Shown: piece after piece, positions 12,096-24,055 of the stretch
Numbering within the stretch: position 1 is the stretch's first letter
Layout: the number at the start of each line of letters is the position of its first letter
NCBI GenBank assembly: GCA_013265495.1
Contig: MU058714.1
Location: 1,922,001 to 1,986,000, forward strand
Direction of reading: 5' to 3'
Origin: Vicugna vicugna
Lineage: Eukaryota
Length of the DNA stretch: 64,000 bases
Made by a program: the position numbers and the translations under genes
Notes under the pieces: model-generated
Seen by the model: the letters and a program-made list of their open reading frames with translations, nothing else
Told to the model about the DNA's origin: nothing
The model's database searches: none

Positions 12096-12759
12096 CTGTC
12101 AAATACAAGAGGAAAAAGAAAGAGAAGGAAAGAGAAAGAAAGCACAAAGTTACAACCAAGGACCAATGGTTCCCCATGCGTCTGAGGCCAGCTGTGTCTT
12201 CCCGCCCCTCCGCCCCTGCCCCCCTTCTGTCCTCGACGTGGGGCAGGTTGACAGAACTACAAGAAAACTCTTTTTATTCTAGGTTTTGTAAAGACTCTAG
12301 ACCACTGCTTTTCAAAACAACTTTTATTGGGGTTTTGGGGGCCCTTCCTTTTTGGTCAAGAAGCCATTATTCATCCACTAGGGAGGCTATGATAAAAAGA
12401 CACAGCCAGGCGTGGGCGAGGGGGAGGGGGAAACGTGGCCTTGCGCACCGTAGACAGTAAAGGTTGCAGCTGCCCGGGGTGCGGGTGGTAAAGTGAGACG
12501 TGGTGCGGCTGTTGCAGAAGGCGGCCCCGGTCCCCACACGGTCCACAGAGCCAAGAGCGCCAGCAGGTCCTCGCCCAGGGGCAGACCTCAGAGAGCCGAT
12601 GACTGTGCACGTGTTCAGAGCAGCCAAAACGTGGGAACACTTGGGCGCCCGCCAACATGCAAACGATCAGTAAACCGTGACACAAAGGAGTGTTCTTCAG
12701 CCAGGGAGAGGAAGGGCGCTATTACACATGCCACGCGCCCAGTACAGGCGAGGGCTTCA

Positions 12760-13400
12760 AGGCAGCTCCCGTAAATATGCTCAAGGACTTAAAGAGAAAC
12801 ATGAACGTAAAAAGAAGAGAAATGGAAGAGACAAAAAGAATCGGGGGAGGGTCTAGCTCAAGTGGGAGAGTGTGTGCTCAGCAGGCACGAGGTCCTGGGT
12901 TCAATCCCCAGCACCTCCTCCAGAAATAAAGAAACCTAATCGTCTGCCCCCCTCCCCGAAACAAAAACAAAAAATCAAACCAAACAGAAAAAAAGAAGCA
13001 AAAAGCATCTTCAGGGATGAAAACACATTATCTGAGAGAAACTTCCCTGCACAGGATGGGACTGAGAGCAGATCGGACACCACAGGAGAAAAGGCGGGAG
13101 AAGGCGGGTGTGCAGAGCAGCGTGAAGGAGCCCAGGAGGACCGGGGCAGCAGAGCCCTCGTGACCCGGGCACCGAGGGGACAGAAAAGCACCAGAAACTC
13201 GTCGGCAAAAAAAGTGTCAAACCTGATGAAAACCTAGGTCCACAGATCCAAGAAGGTTGACAAACCTGAAGCAAGATGAACACAAAGAAGGTCACCCCAA
13301 AGGGTCTATCGCAGCCACGCTGCTGGAAAACCACGACAAAGGAGACCCTCCCACGTGCTACGTCACGAGCAGAGGGCAAGCGAGAGCCTGGCCCGTTCTC
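12760..13400 (+). mobile_element. Old L1 ORF1-region fragment interrupted by a SINE
   Basis: aaatatgctcaaggacttaaagagaaacatgaac...; aaaaagtgtcaaacctgatgaaaacc. Confidence 0.55.
12843..12998 (+). mobile_element. Vic-1-like tRNA-derived SINE with TSD
   Basis: A-box tagctcaagtgg, B-box ggttcaatccc, A-rich tail; TSD CAAAAAG[A/C]ATC at 12832-12842 and 12999-13009. Confidence 0.85.
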
Positions 13401-13908
13401 ACGGTGAGCCCTGGAAGATGCTGGAACAGTGCAACCCTGTCTCTGTGGGTCCCGCCCGAGCGAGCAGCCCTTGGAAGAGACGCAGGACAGACTCCTGCCC
13501 TGGAGCGCGAGGGAGCCGTGGACGGGGACCTGCCCCTGGCTGCAGAGGCGCAGGGACCAGATGAGCACTGTGAACCCGCGGACTGCAGACGCCGCCCGCC
13601 CAGAACCAGCCTGGGGTCAGGGACAGCGCCGGGAGACAGCTCTCGCCATGACGCACATTAACTGCCGGCCCCAAGTAGCACGTGTACTCAGGGCTGAGGC
13701 TTCAGAGGCTCAAGGTATCAAGCAGATGGAGCACAGAGTCACCCTGACTGGCTGAGGTGCAGACTCGCCCTCGCTGTGCAGGGTCCCAAGGGGCCACAGA
13801 GACCTGCCTCCAGCGCTGGCTCTCCTTGGGCCGACTCCCACAGCTGCCACCCAGAGCGGGTTCAGAGAGCCCTCCTCCTGGGGGGGCTTGGAGGAGAGGG
13901 GCCCTCAC

Positions 13909-14043
13909 CTGTGCCTCCTCCTTGGGGTGGAGCCCGCGTGCCCTCAGCGCCTGCACTGCCTGGTCTCTCTCTCGGGTCATAGCCTTCAGCGCTGCCTCCT
14001 GCTCACGCAGCACCAGCTCTGTCTCCTGGAGCTTGGCTGCCTC
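13909..14043 (-). CDS. CCDC57: CCDC57 coding exon 9 (EAAKLQETELVLREQEAALKAMTRERDQAVQALR...EEAQ)
   Basis: Acceptor cctttttcccag, donor CAG|GTGAGG, 135 nt, phase 0/0. Confidence 0.93.
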
Positions 14044-14435
14044 CTGGGAAAAAGGTCGACTCAGTCCATCTGGGGCATGGGAGGGTTACGAGGGAGCAGT
14101 GCCAGCCTTCAGGGTCCCGGCCAGGGTCCCCACCCTCCTGGGAAGCAGACAGCAGACATGCAGGCGAGGCACCCCGGAGACACGTGGCCCTCGGAGCCGG
14201 CGGAGCACAGCAGGCGTTGGGGCCGCCCCTGCCCAGGGTGCCCTCCCTGCTGCCCTGGCCGGTGGCCTGTAATCTTATTACAAGTGGAACTGCTCGGTGA
14301 GGCTGAGTGTTTTCAGAGGTAGAAGGTGACCTGGGAGGGCCTGGGCCAGCCCCTGCACGCTGCCACGGACGCTCCCAGCCCGCCCTCCCGCGGAAGGAGG
14401 CGGGACAGGGCAGTGGGCCGGGCAGGGGCGCAGAC

Positions 14436-14598
14436 CTGGTCTCGGGCCGCGGTCAGCGCCTGGATCAGGTCCTCGGACCTCTGGTACTGCTCCCGCTCCA
14501 GCCCCTCGCAGCGGCGCTGCCAGTCCAGCTCCAGCTGCACCTTGTCCCGCTCCAGGCTCTGCTCCCTCTCGGCTGCCAGCAACAGCTGCTGTTTGTAC
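14436..14598 (-). CDS. CCDC57: CCDC57 coding exon 8 (YKQQLLLAAEREQSLERDKVQLELDWQRRC...ARDQ)
   Basis: Acceptor cttcccacccttag, donor CAG|GTCTGC, 163 nt. Confidence 0.93.
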
Positions 14599-16994
14599 CT
14601 AAGGGTGGGAAGCCGCCGAACGTCAAGCGTCCCGAGGTCCCCACGTGCGTGATGGCAGGGCTGCACCCACCGGAGGAGCACCTGTGCGCAGCTCAGGTCC
14701 CAAGGGGAGCAGGGAAAACCCAGCGCCGGGAGAAGGGCTCAAGCTTGAGAAAGAGAAGGGCACTTAGCAAGGGGAGGGGAGGAGAAAGACAACGAACCCG
14801 GACAAGCAGAAAACGGCTCCGTGGGAGAAACAAGATTCTCCTGCCGGCTGGGCCGTGGGGGCCATGTGGCCAGGACGAGCGGCTGACAGCCAGCAAGGCG
14901 ACGGAGACCACGCCCCCCAGCCCTGGAATGGACTGGACTTACACCGACCCTGGCCATGGGCCTCGCAGGGGAGCCCGAGCCCTGGGAGAGAGGCAGCCCC
15001 GTGACCCTCCCCGCCGACCACGGAGAGCCGGGAGGGGGCGGGCATTGAGGGCAGCCGCTCCACTGGTGGCCCTCGGTCACAGGGCAACAGTCACACAGCT
15101 CTCGGGGGATTTAAAACCCGGAGGGAAAAGGGTTTAGAATCTAGTGTCCTGACCCAGTGAAATGAGACTCACACAGCAAGGCAAAACTAAAGACATTTTA
15201 AAACACAAAGGCTCAGAGCTAGACAGAGCCCTCCAGAGAGGCAGTTACCAGAGGACACAGTAGAGCAGAACGTGTCACACTGTGGGGAAGGGCCAGGTCC
15301 TGAGGACCAGAGCTTCAGCCAGCCCACCAGAGCGGAGGCTGCGGGGGCCCCAAGGGAGGGGACGCCATTCGTGGACTCTGCACCAGTCTGAAACAGGGCC
15401 TCACTCCCACGAGCAGGAAGTACTTAATAGAAGCTACTCTCCCAGACAAATCACGTTGGTCACTGTTGGCTTTGCAAGGGAGAAAGCCTCTGTCACAGAC
15501 ACGCGGGCTTGTCCAGAGACCGGCCGGGCAGGTCCAGGCTCCAGGGCCCCCTCCCAGTTCCGGTCCAGGCCCTCGTGTGCTGTGGGTTCACCAACCACAA
15601 GTGCTGGCCTTGTCCACGCCGTGCAGGGTGCCCTGCGCCCTCCCCAGGCTGAGAGGGAAGGACGCAGGCCTAGGGGCCCCGACTGAGGCCAGCATTCAAA
15701 GCCGGGGCAGGAGTGGGGAGAGACCTGAGTGCAACAGAGAGTAACAGAGCAGACAAAGACCCACCGGGATCACAGGCAGCGTAGGTGTGAGGTGTGAGCA
15801 AGCCTCTGGAGTAGCACTGGGCTGTCAGAGCACCTGCCACCAGCCCCGCCTCTCACAGGGACATCCAGGACTCAGATGAAGACCCCGAACGGCTCCAGTT
15901 ACCAGGCGGCAGGCAGGGTAGGCCCGGGGCCCCTAGAGACAGACCTCCGGGGATGAGTCCCACACGGGGGTGGGGCGCGTGCAGGCCCCAGTGCTGCGTA
16001 GCGGCCTGGCTGTGTTTAGAGCTGGGAGGATGAAACAGCTCTGGGACTTCCCGAGGCAGAGGAGGGAGCTCCCGAATCTGCTTGGGGCCCCCCTGAAACT
16101 CAGCGGACACGTGCTGTAGGCCTGTGGGGCTGAGAAAGGCTGGGCGTGCGGGTCCTGGGGGTCAGCAGGGGATGACCAGGGCGCCCGGGGAGACCCCGGG
16201 CCAACGCGGCAGCAACAGGGCTAAACTGGCCTGGTGAGGAGAAGGCCCTGGAGCCTCCCTAACAGAGACTTCACACCTCAAAGGACGCCTCTGCTCAGCA
16301 GGTACAGCTGACCAGTTAGCTAATCACAGCTGAGCAGCAGGTGCCTGTGAGAGGAGGAGGACCAGGTCTGGGGCCGGTGGTCACGTGCTGGACCCCCGGA
16401 CACTTGCGAGACGTGGCCTCTGGCCGCGGGGACAGACCTGGAGCGGAGGGACTCTGTACAGCAGTGACTGCAGACAGACGTGCCGGGAGAGCACAGGCCG
16501 CCGCACAGGGAGGAGAGACGGAAGCCCTGCCCACCTGGCAGAGGGGACTCGGGGAGACAGCCCAGCTGGGTGCCAGCAACCCGGGGTGCGCGAGCCGGGG
16601 TGGGGGGCAGATGAGCACGTCCGCCCCTGCCCCAGACGCCGGACAGCCGGCTGACCGCACACCAGCGACACAGAGAAACCCGTGGGCCTGGAGGAAGGAG
16701 GACCGTGGCACACGGGGGAACGGGAAACGCACAAGAGAAACAGGGCCGGGACGCAGACCCACCTCCAGGGCTGGAGGGGAAGCAGCAGCCTGGGCGCTCC
16801 CGCCGGCGGGGCGGCTTCAGAGCGACGGGGCAGCAGCGCCTGCGAATGCCGCCGCGGAGCCATCCGGGCTGCAGAGCTGGGCGCCCAGGGGAGACCTGGG
16901 CTTGATTTTCCCTTTTAACTTTTTAATGAAGAACAACAGAAATAAATGTTGGGGAAAAGACAAGGCTCTTATTCCTATTTTTAAGGTGATTTTT

Positions 16995-17165
16995 AATTGA
17001 AGCGTTGGCGATCTGCAGTGTTACTGGTACACAGCATGGCGGTGCAGTTTTACACACACACACACACACACGGATTCTCCTCCCTGTTCTTCTTCATCAT
17101 AGGCTATTATAAGACATCGAATGTAGTTCCGTGTGTGACACAGCAGGACCTTCTTGTTTATTCAA
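16995..17165 (-). mobile_element. Short L1 3'-terminal fragment containing (AC)10
   Basis: Resembles recalled artiodactyl L1 3' end (ataggctattataagacatcgaatgtagttccgtgtgtgacacagcaggaccttcttgtttattc); AC repeat at 17052-17071. Confidence 0.6.
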
Positions 17166-17329
17166 AACATTTTAAAGGACAGTTGTTTGACCGAAGTGGA
17201 AATAACAGTGACCTGTGACTACAGGTGCAGTTTCCACACAGGCGGCAGCAGGGAGAGGCCAGAAGCGGCGAGGAAACAGGCAGCATGACTTAGAGCCAGG
17301 CCGTGCGCCCTGCACTCAGGGCAGTCACC

Positions 17330-18620
17330 AAATAAAGAGGTTTACAGAAGACAACAGCGGGAGGAAGATGGACTCCTAGAAATACTCAGCTGACTTTTTA
17401 GAAGGCAGAAAAAGCAAGACACAAAAACCTCGAGGAAAACAGCAAACAAACAGCACACTGGATATTTAAACCCAGACGTAGCAGGAACAGCATCAGATTA
17501 TCTCAACGCTCCAGTGAACAGGCAGCAACGTCACAGGAGCTCACAGAGCAAGTCCCCCAGAGCAGGAGCAGGCAGGGAAAGGGGGAAACTCGCCACGAAG
17601 CCCCGGCGAGCGCACGGGAGACCAGGACCCCAAGGACCGAGGTGTGGGCCCACGCGTGGGGTGCTGCTGCTTACAATGAGCAGTCATCCGACAGGAGGCT
17701 ACAGCGATCCTTAATGCAGAAGCGCCTTTTAAAAGATCTCCCGACATGTGAAGTCACATCCATTAGAACTGAAAGCCACAACCAGCCTCCACAGGTGCAG
17801 ACTTCAGCTTCCCAAGTAGCAGGCAGACGAGCCCACAGGAGGACACGGGTGGCGAGAACACGCCAGCCTGGCCCCATGCCCTCTCCAGCCCTGGAACTGA
17901 CAGGAGCACATCCTTCAGGTCCTCCTCAGTCACCGAGACAGGACACATTCCAAAGCTCACAGACCGTGTTCGCTGTCACAACAGAATCAGACCAGGCGGC
18001 AACAAAGTGGCATCTGGGCATCTCTCAACAATGGGAAGTTAAGCACCATGTGTCTAAATCCACAGACCAGAGGAGTCACAGGGAAATTAGGAAACATTTT
18101 TAACTGAGTAATATCAAGATTTGTGGGATGTGGCTAAGCAGCGCTTGAAAGGAAATACTTGTATTTCTCAGAAAAGAGGAACGGTCCAAAATTAATCATC
18201 TGAGATTCCAGCGTTAGAAGCTGCCGAAACGACATCAGATCAGCACCAAAGGAAACAGACGAAAGGCAACACCAAGCGTGAGAGCAGGTGGCAGTGAAAC
18301 TGAAGGCAGAGAAGCAACCGGGAAAACTCAGAGGAACCAAATGCTGGCTCTTCGGGGAGATGTGTAAAACCGGCAGGTCTCTAGTTAGACTGACGGAGAA
18401 AAAAAAGCACACACAAATCACCAACATCAAGAGGGAGAGAGGACACTGCTACAGACGCACACACCGGAGAGAGAGAACAAAGAAATACCACAGCGATTTT
18501 ACGCCAAGAAAGTCAACAGTCAGGTAAAATGGACAAACTCATCGAAAGACACAAATTACCAAAGGTGACAGGGAAAAAAAAGGAACACAGAAAACCTGAC
18601 ATAAATATTCAAGTAAACAT
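17330..18620 (+). mobile_element. Old L1 ORF2 (endonuclease-side) fragment
   Basis: gggaaattaggaaacatttttaactgag...atttgtgggatgtggctaagcagcgctt; atggacaaactcatcgaaagacacaaattaccaaa. Confidence 0.7.
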
Positions 18621-19054
18621 CCAGAGAAGCCAGACACGAGAGCGTGTCGAGCGCTGGGCCCCAGGCGGGTCGAAGCCCAGATCAGGAGGCGCCAGCGACA
18701 GGGCAGGCTGGCGGAGGCGCGAGGGGCTTTGGCGTCGCAAGGGTTCTGCGCCCCAACGGCGTTGCGGTTAGACTGCCGACCGGCGCACCCGTTTGTCAAC
18801 ATTCAGCAAGTGCACAGTGTCAGCGAGGACGCTGGCTGTACTTCAGTGATCCTCAAGGAAGACAGCAGAGCATTCTCTTCACTCAAGAGTTCGTTCCAAC
18901 GGACAGGAAAAGACACTGAGACGTCGACAATCAGACGAAAGGCCTCAGGGGTGATTCCTGACCCGGACTGAATGGCACACTGGCTCTCACGGCCGTGGTG
19001 CAGACGGAGGACCCTGCTCCGGGGGAGAGGCCTCCCGCCCCCACCACCTGGTAC

Positions 19055-19213
19055 CTTCCGATGTCCTGCTGGCATCTGGCCACCTGTGCCTTCAGCTTCA
19101 TCTCCTCTTCCCGGAGTGACTGGACCTGAAGGTCTTTGGAGGTCATCTCCTTGGACAGCTGGGCGATCTGGGCGTCCCAGCCGGATCTGAGAGCTGCTGC
19201 ATCTTCCCGAAGT
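19055..19213 (-). CDS. CCDC57: CCDC57 coding exon 7 (LREDAAALRSGWDAQIAQLSKEM...QQDIGR)
   Basis: Acceptor ccttctttgcttag, donor AG|GTACCA, 159 nt. Confidence 0.94.
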
Positions 19214-20109
19214 CTAAGCAAAGAAGGGGCGCCCCGTGAACGCGGCTGTGGTTCTCCCCCACTCCCTCCTCCACAACACACGTGTGCGCAGCCCTCCAAG
19301 GAGAAGCCGCAGCCCAGTGTCGCTGCCACGCTCGTGTCCCCACCTCAGGGCAGAGGCTTCCTGCTCAGACTAGGAAATCCCCTAAGAAGAAACACCCACC
19401 CACCCACCTCACTGGCCCGGGCGCCCGCTGCCGCGGCACGCCGAGCCCGTGCCAGGCCCGCACCAGGCGCGTGGGGAAGGGCGGGCCGCGCCTCTCGGAG
19501 CCTCCAGTCCTGAGGCAGCGCCTCCTGACTCACCCTGACACCCCCGCCATGCCGGGCACAGTGCTGCCGTACAGAGACGTTCAACACACATTTTCAAATT
19601 GAGTAGTAAGACGAGGTTCTGCAGGAACCCTTATACTCCCTGGGAGAGTCACCAAAAACTGGATAAACCTCTCAAAAAGAAAAACTCTACAGGAGACCCT
19701 AAAGGTGCTGACTTGAGTAGCCACGATGCCAACCACACAAAGCTCGTGGGGCTCACCGTGTCTGCACCCGGGCCATCTCCCTCCTTAGCCGCACTCGGCG
19801 TGCCACAGGGTGGATGCTGTGCTCAGGTGTCAGCCACTCCAGAGCCACGTCCCATGGGCAGGCCACAGAGTGACGCATGGAAGTGACTGGGCCGTGGGAA
19901 GGCAAAGGACCGCCAGCCGACAGAGCCCAGCGCAGCTGCCAGAGCCTGAGAACTCACCCACACGCGGCCAGGGACGGGCGGGCGACAGCAGGGAGCGTCC
20001 GCCTCGGGGGAGACGCTCTCAGGCACCCCAGCTGCAGCAGCCTCCACTGCGAGGCTGGAGCCCCTGCTGAGATGCCCTCGGCAAAGGCCAGCCTGCACTG
20101 AGCTGCGGC

Positions 20110-20330
20110 TTCAAAACTTAGAGCCAAGAAATGCAAAATATCCCAATCCTCATTCCTCCGTACAAGTTCAGTTACCCTTTTTCCTCAGTCGTTTCACGTT
20201 GATGACTTAAGAATATGCAACGTGACATTCTGGATATACTAGGTTAAATAAAGTGTCACTAAAGTTAATTTCCCCTATTTCTTTCTGTGTCTCAGCTGTG
20301 CGTCCCAGGAAGTCACAGTGCCGTGGGGCC
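20110..20330 (+). mobile_element. MER33-like hAT-Charlie DNA transposon remnant
   Basis: ctggatatactaggttaaataaagtgtcactaaagttaatttcccctatttcttt resembles the recalled MER33 consensus; strand uncertain. Confidence 0.5.
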
Positions 20331-21120
20331 CCACCACAGTCTGCGTGACAGGTGACCTGGCTGCCACAGTGCTGTCTCGGGTCATGCTTCTCTCTTCACC
20401 ATTCAGGAATGAACGCCCAGGAAAACCATCACAAACGGGCCCAAAGAGACAGCCGGCTCACAGCACGGGCTGCTCCGATGCTGCCTGCTGACGACGATGT
20501 CCCCGTGGGGTACAGACCCCGATGCTCCCTCCCAGGGCCCCAGCGCCCTGGCCTAACGGGCCCCGATGCTGTACGTCACAGCCCCTTGACCAGGTGCGTG
20601 GAGGGGCGGGAAGGAACCCGAGGACGGACACACCACGAGGCGAGGGCAGAGGGACAGAGGCCTCCACATGAGGGCGGTCTGTGCACCCCGACGCTGGCCT
20701 CTGAACCGCTGCCCAGGAGCGGGGCCCAGAGACAGAGCCTTCCCAGCAGGAGGAAGGGCCGGGAGACACGCCCATCAGGCTTCGGTCGCCTCCGCTCCTC
20801 CAGCGCTGCTGCCTGCATTTCACAGGTCGAACAACAGACAGGCCGTCTGGGGAAGCCACCCCTGGTAAGCGTGAATCTCCTGGTGTTTCACAGTTGTAAG
20901 AGCTATTTTCCCCTTAACGAGAAATACAACTTGGCAGAGAATTCTCTGTGAAGAAGAGACAGAAATATTTCCCCAACAAAAGGGAAAAGCCAGCTGCTAA
21001 ACACAGCAGACTCTACAAATGACTTAACTGTCCTAACTGTCTTCAGCGAACCAGCTTCTCTAAGGATCACATCCCTAACGGCAGCCAAGAGACGGGCTTC
21101 AACTAGAGCTTCAGCCACAG

Positions 21121-21290
21121 CGGCCCCGCGTGTCGGCCCCTCCCCCCGGGCACGAGGTCCTGCATCCTGTCTGCCCCTCCCCCCTGGACACGAGGCCCTG
21201 CGTGTTGGCCCTCCCCTCAACACAAGGCCCCCGCGTGTCGGTCCCCGCCAGGACACGAGGCCCCGCGTGTTGGCCCCTCCCCGGACACCA
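21121..21290. repeat. GC-rich minisatellite, about 5 degenerate units of roughly 33 nt
   Basis: Recurring ggacacgaggccccgcgtgttggcccctccc core. Confidence 0.75.
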
Positions 21291-21369
21291 GGCAGCGGGA
21301 CAGGGCTGCTTATGCATTGTGGCCTGGCTTAGATGCCTAAAGAAAACTGGGTTTAAAAAGAAACTAGTT

Positions 21370-21985
21370 TATGGAGAAACTGGAACCCTTCTGAAAAAAG
21401 GCAAAATGGTACATCCACTGTGGAAAACAGTCCGGCAGCTCCTGAGAAAGTTAAGCACAGAATCACCACGTGATCCAGCAGCTCCACGTCTGGGTGTACG
21501 TCCAAAAGAACCAGAGAGAGGCCTAAACAGATATCTCACACCCACATGCACAGCAACACTGTGCACGGCAGCCAAAAGGTGGAAACAACCGAAATCCACC
21601 AACAGATGAGCCACTGAGACACAACGTAGTTACATACAAACAACGGAATACTATCGAGCCTTAAAAACCGGCATCAGCAGGGATGAACCTTGAAGACGCC
21701 ACTTCAAGTGGAACAAGCCAGTCGCAGAAGGACGGAGTGTAGGACTCCACCTGCACAAGGTCCTTACAGGAGTCAAACTCAGAGACAGAAAGGAGGGTGC
21801 CGGGGGCCAGGGGAGGGGACGGGAAGTTACTGTTTAGTGGGCACAGTTTCAGTTTTACAAAGAAAAGAGTTCTGGGGTGAATGGGGTGACGGTTGCTCAC
21901 CAGTGTGAATGTACTTAATGTCACTGAACCCGACAAGGGTTAAGATGGCCACTTTTACACTCCGTGTATTTTACCACAAATAAAC
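21370..21985 (+). mobile_element. L1 3' end (L1MB-like)
   Basis: atggtacatccactgtggaaaacagtccggcagctcc...aaaaggtggaaacaacc...tgaatgtacttaatgtcactgaac...taccacaaataaa. Confidence 0.8.
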
Positions 21986-22097
21986 ACGTCCACACATACC
22001 AGCTACGCAGTTTCAGAAAAAGAAAAGAAAACAGGAATGGTTAAGGAAAGCGGCTGCCCAGGGCCCACTTCCCCATGGCGGAAACACCAGGGCTCAC

Positions 22098-22298
22098 TTG
22101 TCAATGGCGGCGTCCTTCTCCTTGGCGACGTCTGCCTGCCTCCACTCGGCCCTGCGGAGCTGCACCTCCAGGTTGTCGCTGTGAGACTGCAGCTCCAGGA
22201 CCTTGGCCTCCAGCGCCTGCAGCTGCTCCACGTGGGCACCCTTGGCCGCCGCCAGCACCGTGTCCTTCTCCCTCGCCAGACGGTCCAGCTCCTTGTGC
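22098..22298 (-). CDS. CCDC57: CCDC57 coding exon 6 (HKELDRLAREKD...RRAEWRQADVAKEKDAAIDK)
   Basis: Acceptor tgtgtgtttcag, donor AA|GTGAGC, 201 nt. Confidence 0.94.
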
Positions 22299-23484
22299 CT
22301 GAAACACACATGGTCCCGGGGCAGCAAGCAGGCCCGGCTAGGGACCCCCGACCACCAGGCCCCTGCAGGGGCGCACCCTCCACCGGTCGCACTCTGTGGG
22401 CCCATTCTCTCCACAGACACCGCGCAGCCGCAAACACCAGGCCCTGCCAGCCCCCGGAGCACATCCCACAGGAGATGGACCCCCGAACAGGTGCTCTGCT
22501 GAAATGCCACCAGCAGCCTCCCCAACAGCAGGGGCAAAACACAGGGTAGACGGCCCTTCCTCTCAGCCGCTGCCCCCAGACTCCGAGCGTTTCACCACGC
22601 AGTCCGCTGGCTGCGTGTCTGTCTTGCAGGAGCTGCCAAACCCATTGGAACTCTGTCACCAGAGCCGACGGCCACCTGGATGACACACCGAGCTGCTAGG
22701 TGTTGCTGGCAACTGACTGACAACGCTTGTGGCTTTCTATGCTTTTACTCTGTTTGGTTCACTAAGAAGAAAAAGCCATTAAGAAGACACTGCTATGTGA
22801 CTTCTCTCCAGTCCCAGCAGCGTTGCTCACCCAGCCACGCCACGTACCCCGCATCCCAGTTACAACCAGTCCTCGTCTTGTTCAGTATTTTCCACCTTCT
22901 GTTAGCAAAAAAGGACACACACGCCAGGTGCTGTACCCGCTAGTTTCCAGCAGGATATACTTTTTTCACCAAATCTCAAGAAAGGTTGGGTCATGAAGAC
23001 GAGGGCGGTAAGGGAGTCATTTCTGAACCACGCGGGTCCTGACTGCCGGCTGGTTGTTTTCAGCAGGCAAACCGCCAGGCCGCAGGGCGCAAGCGCCCTC
23101 CTCGTGCCAAGGGGCGCAGGCCCTGGGCCGCCGGGGCTCCGTGAACAACGCCGCTCAGGCTGCAAGCGGCTGTGCGCGGGGGCCGGGCGCCTGTGCGCGC
23201 CCCTGCCCTAGGCGCCCTGCTGCAACACAGGAGAGCATTGGCACTGAACGCTCTTAGCCCAGGGGGCTTCCCTGATTCACTCACAAGGCGTCTTCTGTGA
23301 CCCTCAGGGAAGTGGCGTCCCCCTCTACACACACACAAGCAGGCTCATCTGAGCTGGAAGGTGGAGGCAGACTCCCAGGGAGCAGGCCTGATCCAGCAGT
23401 GGCTCTGCAGAAAGGCTGGGCCCTGCCGCCGAGGTGAACCGGGGGTGTTTTCCCCAGGCCGAAGCGGGCGCCAGAGAGACTCAC

Positions 23485-23559
23485 TTCCTCCTCAGTGCTT
23501 CCTCTTCTCTTCTCCTGGTAAGCTGCACAGAGTGAAGTTCACCCTCCAGCTCTTTTATC
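23485..23559 (-). CDS. CCDC57: CCDC57 coding exon 5 (IKELEGELHSVQLTRRREEEALRRK)
   Basis: Acceptor ctcttttcag, donor AA|GTGAGT, 75 nt, phase 2/2. Confidence 0.92.
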
Positions 23560-23672
23560 CTGAAAAGAGTCCAGTGTTAGGGGAAAGACGAGAGTGGCTA
23601 AGCCGGCCGAGAGCAAAGTGGGCCAGCGTCCAGACCACACCACACGGCCCCCAGCCTGGGCGGGCTGCGCAC

Positions 23673-23830
23673 CGGGCGTCCTTCACGGCGGCCAGGTCCC
23701 TGAGCGCCCAGTCTCTGCGCCGCAGCTGCTCCTCCAGCCCCGAGTTGGCCGCCTCAGCGCCCAGCAGGGACTCCGCGGCCTTCGCGCCAGCCTCTCTCAG
23801 GGCCACGAGCTCTTTGTTCAACAGTTTAAC
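23673..23830 (-). CDS. CCDC57: CCDC57 coding exon 4 (VKLLNKELVALREAGAKAAESL...AVKDAR)
   Basis: Acceptor ctttccctctcaaag, donor CG|GTGCGC, 158 nt. Confidence 0.92.
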
Positions 23831-23959
23831 CTTTGAGAGGGAAAGGGTTCAAACCAGATGTAAGTGGTACAAGAGGAGCCGTCAGAAGTAAGCTTTACCG
23901 TTTTACCAGGATTGAGACAATAAAAGCTGTGATTCAAGAAGCAGTAAGACATGAAAACG

Positions 23960-24055
23960 AAGGTATGTCTGTATGTGCATGACGGGGACACTGCGCTGCA
24001 CACCAGAAACTGACACGTTGTAAGCGACCGTGCTCCAATTAAAAAAAACAAGAAG
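23960..24055 (+). mobile_element. Short L1 3'-terminal fragment
   Basis: tgcacaccagaaactgacacgttgtaagcgaccgtgctccaattaaaaaaaa. Confidence 0.55.

Noticed and set aside
12843-12920. tRNA gene (A and B boxes present)
   Set aside because: Has an A-rich tail, TSDs and three dispersed copies: a tRNA-derived SINE, not a tRNA.
21121-21290. CRISPR-like array
   Set aside because: Mammalian DNA; degenerate adjacent units without unique spacers and no cas genes.
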